In this document: in pieces, positions 16,372 through 25,730 of the stretch
Layout of the letters: each line of letters starts with the position of its first letter
Position numbering within the stretch: the stretch's first letter is position 1
Position numbers and translations under genes: made by a program
Assembly: GCA_963718915.1 (NCBI GenBank)
Contig: CAVRAI010000015.1
Location: 990,001-1,022,000 of the forward strand
Direction of reading: 5' to 3'
DNA: 32,000 bases
From: an uncultured Chloroflexia bacterium
GTDB taxonomy: Bacteria; Chloroflexota; Ktedonobacteria; Ktedonobacterales; JADMIN01
Notes under the pieces: generated by a model
What the model saw: the letters and a program-made list of their open reading frames with translations, nothing else
Told to the model about the DNA's origin: nothing
The model's database searches: none

Positions 16372-17310
16372 ATGGGTGGGCCAGATGCCTCTTCACTGCC
16401 TGAGCCAGCCGCGCTTTCCTCCGAACCGCCGATAGTGATTCTCAATCCAGCGGGCAACCGTGGACGGAGCGCAAAACTACGCGCGCCGCTCGAAAAAGCG
16501 CTGGCGGGAGGACATGGCGAGCTGGCGCTGACCAGCGCCCCCGGCGAGGCGCAACGAATTGCCGAGGATGCCGCGCGCTTTGGCCGTTCCATTATCGCGG
16601 TGGGTGGTGACGGCACGCTCTCCGAGGTCGCCAACGGCATCCTTGCCTCTGGGCAGCGCGTGCCTCTGGGCATCGTTCCGGCGGGCAGCGGCAACGACTA
16701 CGCCTGTCAGACGCTGAAGCTCCCGCGCGACCCGCTTCAGGCGCTCGAAATCGCCCTGCATGCCACGCCAACGCCGATGGACGCTGGCGCGGTCAATGGC
16801 CGTTTCTTCATCAATTCGCTGGGCGTGGGGCTGGACGCGAATATCGCCGCGCGGGCCGAGCGGCTCAAACGGGTACCGTTGGTGCGCGGCAAAGCGCTCT
16901 ATCAGGTTGCCAGCGTCTACGAGGTGCTGTTTCAGTATCATCGTTGCCCGCAACTGCGCGTCTCGCTCGATGGCGCGGCGCAGGATCAGCGTCCGTACAC
17001 AGTGGCCGCCGTGACAATCGGGCCAACCTACGGCGGCGGTTTCCGCATTAATCCCAACGCCGACTCGACCGACGGGATGTTCGATGTCTGTCTGATCGTC
17101 AAGCCAGGGCAGCTGCGGGCGCTGCGTCTTTTGCCGATGGTGAAGCAAGGCAAGCACACCAACCAGCCCGAGGTGCGCCAAGTGCTCGCCCGTTCGCTCG
17201 AACTGGAGTCCGACCAGCCGATTCACGCCCACTGCGACGGCGAGGTCTTCACCGCGCAGCGCTTCGAGGCGCGGATTCTGCCGGGTGCGCTCCTGATTCG
17301 CCGTCCGTGA
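16372..17310 (+). CDS. Diacylglycerol kinase-family lipid kinase (YegS/BmrU-like)
   Basis: ILNPAGNRGRS and IIAVGGDGTLSEVANGIL (GGDG motif), then GIVPAGSGNDYA. ATG 16372 is preferred. The ORF-track start at 16246 overlaps the tnpB 3' end. Confidence 0.85.
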   Translation: MGGPDASSLPEPAALSSEPPIVILNPAGNRGRSAKLRAPLEKALAGGHGELALTSAPGEAQRIAEDAARFGRSIIAVGGDGTLSEVANGILASGQRVPLGIVPAGSGNDYACQTLKLPRDPLQALEIALHATPTPMDAGAVNGRFFINSLGVGLDANIAARAERLKRVPLVRGKALYQVASVYEVLFQYHRCPQLRVSLDGAAQDQRPYTVAAVTIGPTYGGGFRINPNADSTDGMFDVCLIVKPGQLRALRLLPMVKQGKHTNQPEVRQVLARSLELESDQPIHAHCDGEVFTAQRFEARILPGALLIRRP

Positions 17311-17375
17311 TGAATTCGGCTGCTACGGTAAGGTATCTCGTCGTTCCATCATTCTCGTCGCTATAATAGGGGAGG

Positions 17376-17798
17376 ATGGCGGAAAGGACGGGAATGCGTA
17401 TGGCTGATGATTCGCCCGATGCGTTGCCAGCGTTTGATGCGCTCTATCGCTCGCAGGCGCGCCAGGTGATCCTCGATATCGTGGCTGAGGAGTTGGCGGC
17501 GGGCGCTAGTGCTGAAGCGCAGGCGCAGCGCTATGCTGAGAAGGGCAAGCCTGATTTCGTGCTCGCCTATCTGCTAGATAGCGTGCTCCAGGATGAGCGC
17601 AAGCGCGAACTCTATGCCTTTGCGCATGAGCAGCGCGCCGTCTATATTCAGCAGCGCGCGAGGGAATTCGATCAGCGATTCCACCGCGCATTTCCGTTGC
17701 TGGAGACCGAAGCGGCCAATGACCGGGTCATGGCCAGGCGTATTCGCGCGGGGATGCCTCCAGGCAAAGGCCGCGGGCGGCAGATTCCCCTTGTTTGA
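17376..17798 (+). CDS. Hypothetical protein (140 aa, helical, Arg/Lys-rich tail)
   Basis: GGGGAGG RBS directly upstream and coding-like composition. I recognise no family motif. Confidence 0.5.
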   Translation: MAERTGMRMADDSPDALPAFDALYRSQARQVILDIVAEELAAGASAEAQAQRYAEKGKPDFVLAYLLDSVLQDERKRELYAFAHEQRAVYIQQRAREFDQRFHRAFPLLETEAANDRVMARRIRAGMPPGKGRGRQIPLV

Positions 17799-17864
17799 GC
17801 GCGCTACGTCATAGTGACAGGCGGGAATGTGGGCGCAAGCGAGAGCGAGCGATGAGGAGGGCGC

Positions 17865-18596
17865 GTGGCAGATCAACCAACGCAGGACGAACTGCAACGG
17901 CAGGCGTGGAAGCGTGCGGCGGCCCAGGCGGCGGTCGAGCATGATGTCGCCGATGGCATGACGGTTGGCCTTGGCTCAGGCACGACCGCCGACCTGATGC
18001 TCGAAGCGCTGGCCGAGCGGATGCGCCAGGGACTGCGTGTCACTGGCATCGCCACATCCGAGCGGACACGCAGCGAGGCGCAACGCCTGAATATTCCGCT
18101 GGTCGAACTGGATGATGTGGTGACTCTGCATCTCAGCATCGATGGCGCTGATGAAGTGATTCTGCCTTCGCTTGATCTGGTCAAGGGTCGCGGTGGCGCG
18201 CTTCTGCGCGAGAAATTGGTAGCGGTCACCAGTCAGCGGCGGATTATCATCGTCGATGAGTCGAAGGTAGTCAGCGCACTTGCCTCTCAACATCCCGTCC
18301 CCGTCGAGGTTGATCGCTTTGGCTGGCGTCACACTGCTGGTCGGCTGGCGACGCTGGGCGCGACGGTGCAGCGGCGCATGGCCTCGGGTGACTACACGCT
18401 CAACGCGCCCTTTATCAGCGATGGCGGGAATTATGTGCTCGATTGCTGGTTTGGCCCGATAGTGGATGCGGGCAGCATTGCGACGCGGATCAAGGCGATT
18501 ACCGGCGTCATCGATCATGGCCTCTTTGTGGGCATGACCGAGCGTGTCTACATCGCGGGGGTAGGCGGGGTGCAGGTGCACGACCGTCCCGTATGA
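17865..18596 (+). CDS. rpiA: Ribose-5-phosphate isomerase A
   Basis: GLGSGTTA, SIDGADEV and KGRGGALLREK motifs. Confidence 0.9.
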   Translation: MADQPTQDELQRQAWKRAAAQAAVEHDVADGMTVGLGSGTTADLMLEALAERMRQGLRVTGIATSERTRSEAQRLNIPLVELDDVVTLHLSIDGADEVILPSLDLVKGRGGALLREKLVAVTSQRRIIIVDESKVVSALASQHPVPVEVDRFGWRHTAGRLATLGATVQRRMASGDYTLNAPFISDGGNYVLDCWFGPIVDAGSIATRIKAITGVIDHGLFVGMTERVYIAGVGGVQVHDRPV

Positions 18597-18624
18597 GAGC
18601 CACCGTTCTCTCGGAAATAGAGAA

Positions 18625-18650
18625 TTCGGAGAGGCGCCGACCTCTCCGAA
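18625..18650. terminator. 10-bp perfect hairpin between convergent rpiA and the aquaporin gene (probable terminator, better tail on the minus strand)
   Basis: TTCGGAGAGG-CGCCGA-CCTCTCCGAA. On the minus strand it is followed by TTCTCTATTT. Confidence 0.45.
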
Positions 18651-18675
18651 CTACTGTATGTTGGCCAGGTTTGCG

Positions 18676-19428
18676 CTATTTGCTGGGGCGAGGCAGACGC
18701 GACATACGGGCGTAGAGCCACGCGGCGCCAATGCCACCGATGATCGGGCCAACCAGGTAGCAGACGATGAAGGCAACCCAGTCAACGGATGGAGCGCCGA
18801 AGAAAATGCTAACGATATCGGGGCCGAATGCGCGCGCTGGATTGACTGAGGCGCCCGTCGCCGGGCCGACGATCATGATCGCGACTGCCAGCGCCATACC
18901 GATGCCCAGCCCGGCCCAGCCAGCGGGGGAGCGTCTGTCGGCCGCCAGGGCCACGATGGTGATCACCAGGATGCCCGCGCCCAGCGCCTCGGCGAGCAGC
19001 CCAGCGATGAGGTTGGTGTTGGCGGCCAGCTCTGGGCGGCCCAGAAGCCCAACCGACGCGATATCGCGTCCAAAAGGAATCATGATTGCCAGCGCCCCGA
19101 GAATTCCCCCGACGAACTGCGCGATCAGATAGCCGGGTACGTCTGACCACTTGAACTGACCGATGAAGGCGAGCGACAGCGTTACCGCCGGGTTGACGTG
19201 CGCGCCAGAAATCCTGCCAGTCACCATGACGATGATAAACAAGGCCAGGCCGAACGCGAGCGCCACCAACAGTAAATCGGCAGTTGGTATCGCACTACCG
19301 TGAGTGTTGCGATGCAGCAAGGCAATATCCGCCACAACGCCGCATCCAACGAACACCAGCAGGAAGGTTCCCACCACTTCACCCAGACAGCGTTCACCAA
19401 GCGTGGGTTGATAGTTCTGGTTCGCCAC
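18676..19428 (-). CDS. MIP-family channel (aquaporin/glycerol facilitator)
   Basis: Two NPA boxes (HVNPAVT, SVNPARA) and six hydrophobic segments. GTG 19428 is preceded by AGGAGG; the ORF is open to ATG 19500. Candidate extended -10 promoter (TGGTACAAT on the minus strand) at 19528-19536. Confidence 0.85.
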   Translation of the reverse strand: MANQNYQPTLGERCLGEVVGTFLLVFVGCGVVADIALLHRNTHGSAIPTADLLLVALAFGLALFIIVMVTGRISGAHVNPAVTLSLAFIGQFKWSDVPGYLIAQFVGGILGALAIMIPFGRDIASVGLLGRPELAANTNLIAGLLAEALGAGILVITIVALAADRRSPAGWAGLGIGMALAVAIMIVGPATGASVNPARAFGPDIVSIFFGAPSVDWVAFIVCYLVGPIIGGIGAAWLYARMSRLPRPSK

Positions 19429-19576
19429 AGACTCCTCCTGAACGACAGAAATGCTTCCGCGCGGCTTGAGCGCCGCTGGAAGAGAGTGAGGGCGCTGCAT
19501 GGTATGACTCAGCGACGCCTTTATCCCATTGTACCAGACGGTTGTGGCACGCGCGTGGCAACATTTGGGGTAAGGT

Positions 19577-21922
19577 TTAGTGCGGTGGAAGGTCGAGCGC
19601 GCCGTCAGACCCAGGCTCTACGCGCGGGACGCGAATCGTGACGGTTGTCCCCTGGGCGGGAGCGCTGTGTACTGTCAATGTGCCACCAATGAGCGCAATC
19701 AAGGCGCCGTGCGTCAATAAACCGCTACGGGCGCCTCCGGAATCGACTGGCTGAACGACGAATGACGTGACCTTCGCTTCAGCGTGGCCAGCGCGTGCTC
19801 GCTCTGATTGCAGACCAACGCCGTCATCCCGCACCATGACTGTTACGGTGTGATCATCAGCGGCGAGCGCCAGTCGCACTCCCAGCCGACGGTGCATGTC
19901 CCCCCCGCGCCCATGGCGACCCGCATTACGTAGCGCCTCCTGCACCGCGCCAAGCAGCAAGTCGGCGACGATGGGAGGAAGTGTGTCGGCGGCGTGGCGT
20001 GCTTCATCCGGCGCGTCGAACGCCAGTTCGTCGAACGTGCCGCGGAACTCGCCATCAAGAGCGGAGTGTAGAGCGCTTACCAGGCCGTGTTCGAGATGGC
20101 GTTTGTTCGCAATCGGAGCGGCGCGCATCAACGCTGCCAGATCATGATGGACCAGGCCTAGCTCATGGACGACGGCCTCCAGTTCGACTGACGCCTCAGG
20201 CGCGGCGTTGGCCGGGTCGGGCTGCTCTTGTAGTGTAAATGACGTGGATGCGTGCGCGGGTTCGGCGACACGCCTGGCGGGCAGCCGCGCGCGGAGCGCC
20301 TCCAGCCGCAACATCGCAAGATGCAGGCGAGGTAAGACCTCATCATGGAGCACGCGGCGTGGCAGGGCGGCGCTCAGCTCGGCCTCCAGCCCACGTCTCC
20401 GGGCCAGCGAAGCAATCGCCTGGGCGGCTACAAACTCGCCCACAGCGTCAAGAATACGCTGGCCACAGGCACGCGCGATTTCTAGGTCGGCGGACGTATA
20501 GCCAGCGCCATCTACTCGTGGGCCAAGCACCAATCGCGCCACCACGCCGCGCTCATCGCTGACTGGCAGCGCCCACTCCTGGCGATCAAACGGATAGCTC
20601 ACCTCACTGGCAGGCGCCTCATAGCTGAACGTCCGATGCAGACGGCCGGCGGTGAGCGAGAGCCTGCCACGCGCCGCGCCCAGCACGTCACGGCAGAGGC
20701 TGGTAAAGAGCGCCTCCACATTGCGCTCGATCTCGCGTGGATCGGTTGCGAGCCAGTTCGTCTGCCCAGTGGTCAGGCTGGCAATGAAGGGGCGCATCTG
20801 GTCGAGGAGGCGGTCGTGCGCCGCGAAGGATTGCCAGGTGACGATAGCATACGCGCCCGTGATGAGCGCCAACAATAACAGCAAATCCGGCAGCGCCTCA
20901 GCTTCGACTCCCGTCATCCAGGCGACCGCCGCTGCCAGCACGGCCGCAATCAGGGCCATGCCTCGCCAGTGACTCAGATATCCACGTTGTGGCAATCGCC
21001 GCTCAACCAGGATGCCCTGGCGCAGAACGGCGCGTCCCAGCGTCAAGCCCAATCCCGCCAGCGCGACCTGCACCAGGAGATCGGCGCCAACCAGGATGGT
21101 TGGAACGTGGCCGGGGCGTGTCACCGGCACCTGAATGGGCAGGGGTCCTGTAACCGTTGTCAGCGACGCGCGATGTTCCGAGAGCAGCACCAGTGCGCCG
21201 ATGATCGCGACAACCGCGCCAGCGGCCATCATGCAGAGTGAGGCCCATAGCAGACCGGGACGCGCGCGGCTCCAGGCGTCGCCAGCATCCCAGAGCAGCG
21301 TCTCATCCGATTCGGCATGTTGAACGCGGTGAGTCGTATCGGGCAGGAGGCGCCGTGCCACGAGTAAGATCCACGGCAGGCAGGCGCAAACGGCGATATA
21401 GACAACGAACGCTAGCCCCAGCGCGGGCAAGACAGGCGAGACATTGGGTGGGTGTGGGACAGGTTGGCGCAGGCGTATCGAGGCGTCGAGCAGGCGGATG
21501 AAATCGCCATAATGGGACAGCGCGGGCCAGTAGACGAATGCCAGCAGCATGGCAAGCAGCCCCAGGCTTGCGACCGCCGTGAGTACCGGCAGGCGCAGAT
21601 TCTTCGATATACCCGCCAGTTCGGCGTAATGGAGGCCGGTTGCTGCCCAGAAAAGTGGCGCGACGAATGCGGGAAGCCAGGAGACGCGCCACCAGACATC
21701 TGACGGCGATGCTCCCTCGGGCACGCCCGCCCCCACCAGCGCACCGTGGCAGAGAAAGAACAACGCCGCCAGCAGCAATCCGATGCCGCCGACCCAGGTA
21801 ATCAGGTTGCGGCGATCTCCGAGTAACAGCACCATCAGGCCAAGCCAGAGAAACGTGATGAGATTGAAGGCGGATAGTGCGATGGCGACCTGCGCCAGCC
21901 CAACCTGAAGCACGGTATCCAT
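19577..21922 (-). CDS. Polytopic membrane sensor histidine kinase (HisKA_3/NarX-type H box, HATPase_c)
   Basis: About 10 hydrophobic segments in the first ~390 aa. H box VLHDEVLPRL. C-terminal N/G boxes (EALRNAGRHG, DDGVGL, GGTLTVHSAPAQGTTVTIRVP). Confidence 0.8.
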   Translation of the reverse strand: MDTVLQVGLAQVAIALSAFNLITFLWLGLMVLLLGDRRNLITWVGGIGLLLAALFFLCHGALVGAGVPEGASPSDVWWRVSWLPAFVAPLFWAATGLHYAELAGISKNLRLPVLTAVASLGLLAMLLAFVYWPALSHYGDFIRLLDASIRLRQPVPHPPNVSPVLPALGLAFVVYIAVCACLPWILLVARRLLPDTTHRVQHAESDETLLWDAGDAWSRARPGLLWASLCMMAAGAVVAIIGALVLLSEHRASLTTVTGPLPIQVPVTRPGHVPTILVGADLLVQVALAGLGLTLGRAVLRQGILVERRLPQRGYLSHWRGMALIAAVLAAAVAWMTGVEAEALPDLLLLLALITGAYAIVTWQSFAAHDRLLDQMRPFIASLTTGQTNWLATDPREIERNVEALFTSLCRDVLGAARGRLSLTAGRLHRTFSYEAPASEVSYPFDRQEWALPVSDERGVVARLVLGPRVDGAGYTSADLEIARACGQRILDAVGEFVAAQAIASLARRRGLEAELSAALPRRVLHDEVLPRLHLAMLRLEALRARLPARRVAEPAHASTSFTLQEQPDPANAAPEASVELEAVVHELGLVHHDLAALMRAAPIANKRHLEHGLVSALHSALDGEFRGTFDELAFDAPDEARHAADTLPPIVADLLLGAVQEALRNAGRHGRGGDMHRRLGVRLALAADDHTVTVMVRDDGVGLQSERARAGHAEAKVTSFVVQPVDSGGARSGLLTHGALIALIGGTLTVHSAPAQGTTVTIRVPRVEPGSDGALDLPPH

Positions 21923-21925
21923 AGG

Positions 21926-22708
21926 CTACTGCTCCCCCGCGCCGAGGGTCTCACCGAAGAGCGGCGACCAGCCACCCTTGCGATCAGGCACGAGCGCGCG
22001 GCCATCTTCTCCCCAGACAATCGGCCGGTCATAGACGAAGATCAAGGCGGCGCGGGCGCGGGCAACCTTCTCGTCGGTGGTGCTCTCACTCAGCCGCCAG
22101 GCGTCGTAGATGCGGCCGTTGGTTCGGCTGACGGCGCGGGCGTCGCGCAGCCCCAGGCGGGCGGCGATCTGCTCGTTGGTCAATCCCTGCGCCAGCAATT
22201 CGGCGACCCGCAACTCGTTCGGCTCCAGCAGCGCGCGGGGTGAGGTCGCGTCGCGTTCGCGTACCTCGTCCACACGGTCTTCGATCTCCGGGTCGATGAA
22301 GCTACGCCCGGCAATGGCGTCTTTGAGAAGCGGCGCCAGCATCGCCGGAAGCAGATAGTTGCTCTTGCGGACGTAGGCATAGTGGCTGAGGATGCCAGCG
22401 GCGCGAAACTCACGAAAGTAGGAGTCGTCGTCCTGAATAGAGTAGAAGACGACCGGAAAGCGTGGCCGCTCGCGCCGGATGGCTACCGCCGCGCCTACGC
22501 CACTGGCGGCGGTAGCGCCAAGCTCTGGGTCGCGTAGCTCGACATCCATCAGAGCGACCTCAGCATCGGGGTTGGCCTCGGCGGCGGCGATAGCCTCATT
22601 AGCCGTGGCAGCCTCGGCCACCACCTGAACCTCGCCCGTCGCCTCCAGGCCAGCCTTGAGCGCCTGGCGCACCGTCTTGTGATCTTCTACCAGCAGCAGC
22701 CGTATCAT
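21926..22708 (-). CDS. NarL/LuxR-family response regulator with a C-terminal extension
   Basis: Receiver (LLLVEDH...ALMDVEL...) followed by a LuxR HTH (LRVAELLAQGLTNEQIAARLGL). Its stop lies 3 nt before the kinase start. Confidence 0.85.
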   Translation of the reverse strand: MIRLLLVEDHKTVRQALKAGLEATGEVQVVAEAATANEAIAAAEANPDAEVALMDVELRDPELGATAASGVGAAVAIRRERPRFPVVFYSIQDDDSYFREFRAAGILSHYAYVRKSNYLLPAMLAPLLKDAIAGRSFIDPEIEDRVDEVRERDATSPRALLEPNELRVAELLAQGLTNEQIAARLGLRDARAVSRTNGRIYDAWRLSESTTDEKVARARAALIFVYDRPIVWGEDGRALVPDRKGGWSPLFGETLGAGEQ

Positions 22709-22865
22709 GTCTCGCCCGCCTCGCGCCTCTCATGTGCAGCATAGATGCCATACTCAAGCGCAGTATACCCGCCTCGACTCCTTCATGGGTAGTACGTGCG
22801 TGCGGCGGAGATGGCACACGTGGCGGCTGGCTGATGGAGCCAATCACCGACTCAGCTATTCTCAG

Positions 22866-23543
22866 TCATTTCTGATAGTGAATGCGAAAGTGCCTGAAGA
22901 ACGGTTCCTCCTGAGAGAGAAGATCCTCGAACGACATTTCCCGCAGGCCCAAATGCTCGAACATGGTGAGATCGGCGCGCGTCAGGGGCCAGGGCATTGA
23001 TCCTGGCCCATCACTCTCGTCGCGTCCTGCGCAGATGACGAGCAGTGACTCGTTAGGCGCGATGCAACGCGCAAGGTTCGTCGCGACCCGCTCCCGCATC
23101 GCCTGGAAGGGCAGCGACTGGAGCGTGTAGATTTCCACTATCAAGTGAAACTGCATGCTCCATTTTTCTGGCAACGAAAGTGCGTTCGCGAAGGTGTAGC
23201 GCACCTGCGAATCGGGAAAGCGCCGCCGACACCACGCTATCGCCTCGGGCGAGATATCGAAGGCGGTCACGTCGAAACCATAGCGGGCCATCGCCTCGGC
23301 ATCGTCGCCCAGGCCACAGCCAACAACCAGCGCCCGTTTGCCTTCACCGCTGGGCTGGTTGCTCGTCACCCATTCGAGGAGGAATGGATTGGGCCTCAGA
23401 TGCGCCCATGGGATCGCCCCTGTGTCGCCCTCGGCGCCTCGATAGAGTTTCTCGAACCAGCCGGTGGGATCACGATTCTCGATAGACTCTGTAGCGAGTT
23501 GCCGCAGTCGCGCGCGTGCCTGGGTTTTATCACTATCGGTCAT
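22866..23543 (-). CDS. Class I SAM-dependent methyltransferase (TPMT-like)
   Basis: ALVVGCGLGDDAEAMA (motif I) and DVTAFDISPEAI. The start overlaps the P450 stop (ATGA). Confidence 0.8.
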   Translation of the reverse strand: MTDSDKTQARARLRQLATESIENRDPTGWFEKLYRGAEGDTGAIPWAHLRPNPFLLEWVTSNQPSGEGKRALVVGCGLGDDAEAMARYGFDVTAFDISPEAIAWCRRRFPDSQVRYTFANALSLPEKWSMQFHLIVEIYTLQSLPFQAMRERVATNLARCIAPNESLLVICAGRDESDGPGSMPWPLTRADLTMFEHLGLREMSFEDLLSQEEPFFRHFRIHYQK

Positions 23544-24991
23544 TGCGCATCTCCTTTCCCTCCGGAGTATACCGCCCCATCCGCAGTGCGATGCGCCGTC
23601 ATCAGCAGGCTACCGCGCGGACGCAGTGTTACCAACGGCTCCGGGACTACGCGCGCGGTGGGTGCGAGGCGCAACTGATAGCGGGACAGAAGCGTCGCCA
23701 GGATGAGTTGCGCCTCGATCAGAGCGAACTGGTTGCCGATGCACAGGCGCGGTCCTCCTCCGAACGGGAAGTAGGCGAAGCGATGACGTCCAGTCGCACG
23801 TTCGGGCTCAAACCGTCCAGGATCGAAGGCGTCCGGTCGTTCCCAGAAGTCGGGATGGCGATGGGTCACATACTCAAAGACCAGAACGTACGCTCCTTTG
23901 GGGATGGTGTAACCGCTAATCTCGTCTTCCGCCAGCGCGTGGCGTCCCAATGCCCAGGCGGGCGGATAGAGGCGCATCGACTCGTCGATGACCATGCGCG
24001 TGAGCGAGAGCTGTGGCAGATCATCCATGCGCGGTGGCCGTCCCCGCAACACACGCCGATACTCTGATTGGAGATTCGCCGCGATATCTGGGCGCTGCGC
24101 CAGCAGATAGAGCGTCCACGATAGCGTGTTGGCAGTTGTTTCGTGTCCGGCAAGCAATAAGGTCAGGATTTCGTCGCGAATCTGCTGGTCCGACATACCT
24201 ACCCCAGTCTCGGCGTCGCGCGCGTCGAGCAGCATCGCGAGCAGATCACTGCGCGGTTCGCTCAACGCACGGCGCTGTTGAATGATCGTGTCGACGACCG
24301 CGTGTAGCTCACGCCGGGCCTCACGTAGCCGATGACGTTGTGGTGTGGGAAGCGAGAGAATCCCCGGCAGGTAAAATGCCTCCGCTAGCAGGTGATTCGC
24401 TGTGGTGAGGGCGCGGCTGACACGCTCCAGCGCTTCGGCGGGCAGGTCCGCTCCAAAGAGAGCCTTGCAAACGATGCTCAAAGTCAGTCGGGACATCTCT
24501 TGCGGGATGTCGAGCGGACTGCCACTCCCTATAGCCCGAGCCGCTTCCAACTGGTTGAGCCATGCCGTAGTGGCCTCGGTTATCAGCGTCCCGAATGCGG
24601 CGACTCTGTCGCGGTGAAAGGCTGGTTGCATCAATCGCCGCTGCTGGAGCCACGATTCCCCATCGTTGGTCAGCAGACCCTTACCCAGAACGAGGCTGAG
24701 AATCCGATAGTCGGGGATGTCCTTGTTGTAGTTGAGATGATTCTCCTGCAAGACGCGGCGCACGCCGTCCGGGTGGAAAACGAGCGTCAACCGACCCATC
24801 AGCGTCGGGACGGAAACGACATCTCCGTAGCGATTGCGCATTGCCTGACTAAAGTCGAGCGCATGACGTAAGAAACGAAGTGTGTTCCCAACCGCCGTAT
24901 ACCTGGACGGCCCCGGCATGCGGGACGAGCGACGTTTGCTGTGACTTGGGCGCTGCTCTGCATAGCGCGCCGATGACTCTGTGATCGTCAT
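23540..24991 (-). CDS. Cytochrome P450
   Basis: Heme-binding FPFGGGPRLCIGNQFA, I-helix LLAGHETT and ESMRLYPP (ExxR region). Confidence 0.9.
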   Translation of the reverse strand: MTITESSARYAEQRPSHSKRRSSRMPGPSRYTAVGNTLRFLRHALDFSQAMRNRYGDVVSVPTLMGRLTLVFHPDGVRRVLQENHLNYNKDIPDYRILSLVLGKGLLTNDGESWLQQRRLMQPAFHRDRVAAFGTLITEATTAWLNQLEAARAIGSGSPLDIPQEMSRLTLSIVCKALFGADLPAEALERVSRALTTANHLLAEAFYLPGILSLPTPQRHRLREARRELHAVVDTIIQQRRALSEPRSDLLAMLLDARDAETGVGMSDQQIRDEILTLLLAGHETTANTLSWTLYLLAQRPDIAANLQSEYRRVLRGRPPRMDDLPQLSLTRMVIDESMRLYPPAWALGRHALAEDEISGYTIPKGAYVLVFEYVTHRHPDFWERPDAFDPGRFEPERATGRHRFAYFPFGGGPRLCIGNQFALIEAQLILATLLSRYQLRLAPTARVVPEPLVTLRPRGSLLMTAHRTADGAVYSGGKGDAQ

Positions 24992-25056
24992 ATGGACCTT
25001 CCTTAACGTATGCTAGCCGGGTCAAGACTGTGCCATTGGCCCGGCCAGTGAAAATG

Positions 25057-25704
25057 CTAGTGACTGGAGCGAGTGATGCTGGCCTCGTTGGCCAACGAAT
25101 GCTGAAGTGACGTGGTAACCTCAAAATCGGGCTGTGAAGCTACAGTCGCTGGATTCCGGCGAGGCTTCGCCGTTGTTGCTCCAATAATGGCTCCCATCGT
25201 CATGGTTACGGCCATTACTAGTAGTGAAGCCAGCCAGCCCAGTTTAGTCGTCATCAGAAAGACGATACCCAGCGCTATGCCATTCGCCAGATGCGCGGAA
25301 ATCCACAGTATTGGGTTATAGATGCGACGGCGCAGTTCTGGTGAAATCACCTCGGACTTTCCATATGCCATCGCCGTTCGCTGGACGACGCGCAGCTTGC
25401 GGACCGTAATTCCCATACCGAGCGCCGCCATCAGCAGCATCGCGCCTATCGAGACGACAATCCACGGTGTGTCGATGCCCCACGTGGTAAACATCATGTA
25501 GCCGCCAGCGAGCAGAATCAGGGCGGCGGAGAGCGGCCCGAGTATCGCCACAGGTCTTAAGAGGCCACTCCAAAGGCGCATCTGGCTAATCGACTGCGCC
25601 CGACGGAAGCCAAGGATGACCGTCCATTGCAGCCCCATCCCGATGAAGAGGCTGAGCACACCGACCAGGTGGGCAAACAGGATGAGTGTATAGAGACTCA
25701 TCAA
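25057..25704 (-). CDS. Integral membrane protein (DUF2269-like, family uncertain)
   Basis: Four to five hydrophobic helices, no catalytic motif. Probable ATG at 25701 with a GAGAGGA RBS. Confidence 0.6.
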   Translation of the reverse strand: MMSLYTLILFAHLVGVLSLFIGMGLQWTVILGFRRAQSISQMRLWSGLLRPVAILGPLSAALILLAGGYMMFTTWGIDTPWIVVSIGAMLLMAALGMGITVRKLRVVQRTAMAYGKSEVISPELRRRIYNPILWISAHLANGIALGIVFLMTTKLGWLASLLVMAVTMTMGAIIGATTAKPRRNPATVASQPDFEVTTSLQHSLANEASITRSSH

Positions 25705-25730
25705 AGCGAAATCCTCTCTGTAGTGGTGGA

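Noticed and set aside
13673-18581. Other antisense ORFs of 200-250 aa (13673-14296, 16011-16694, 16477-17232, 17976-18581), plus 30968-31681 opposite the kinase
   Set aside because: Each is opposite a gene with clear family motifs (rsmG, lipid kinase, rpiA, histidine kinase). They are typical high-GC shadow frames.
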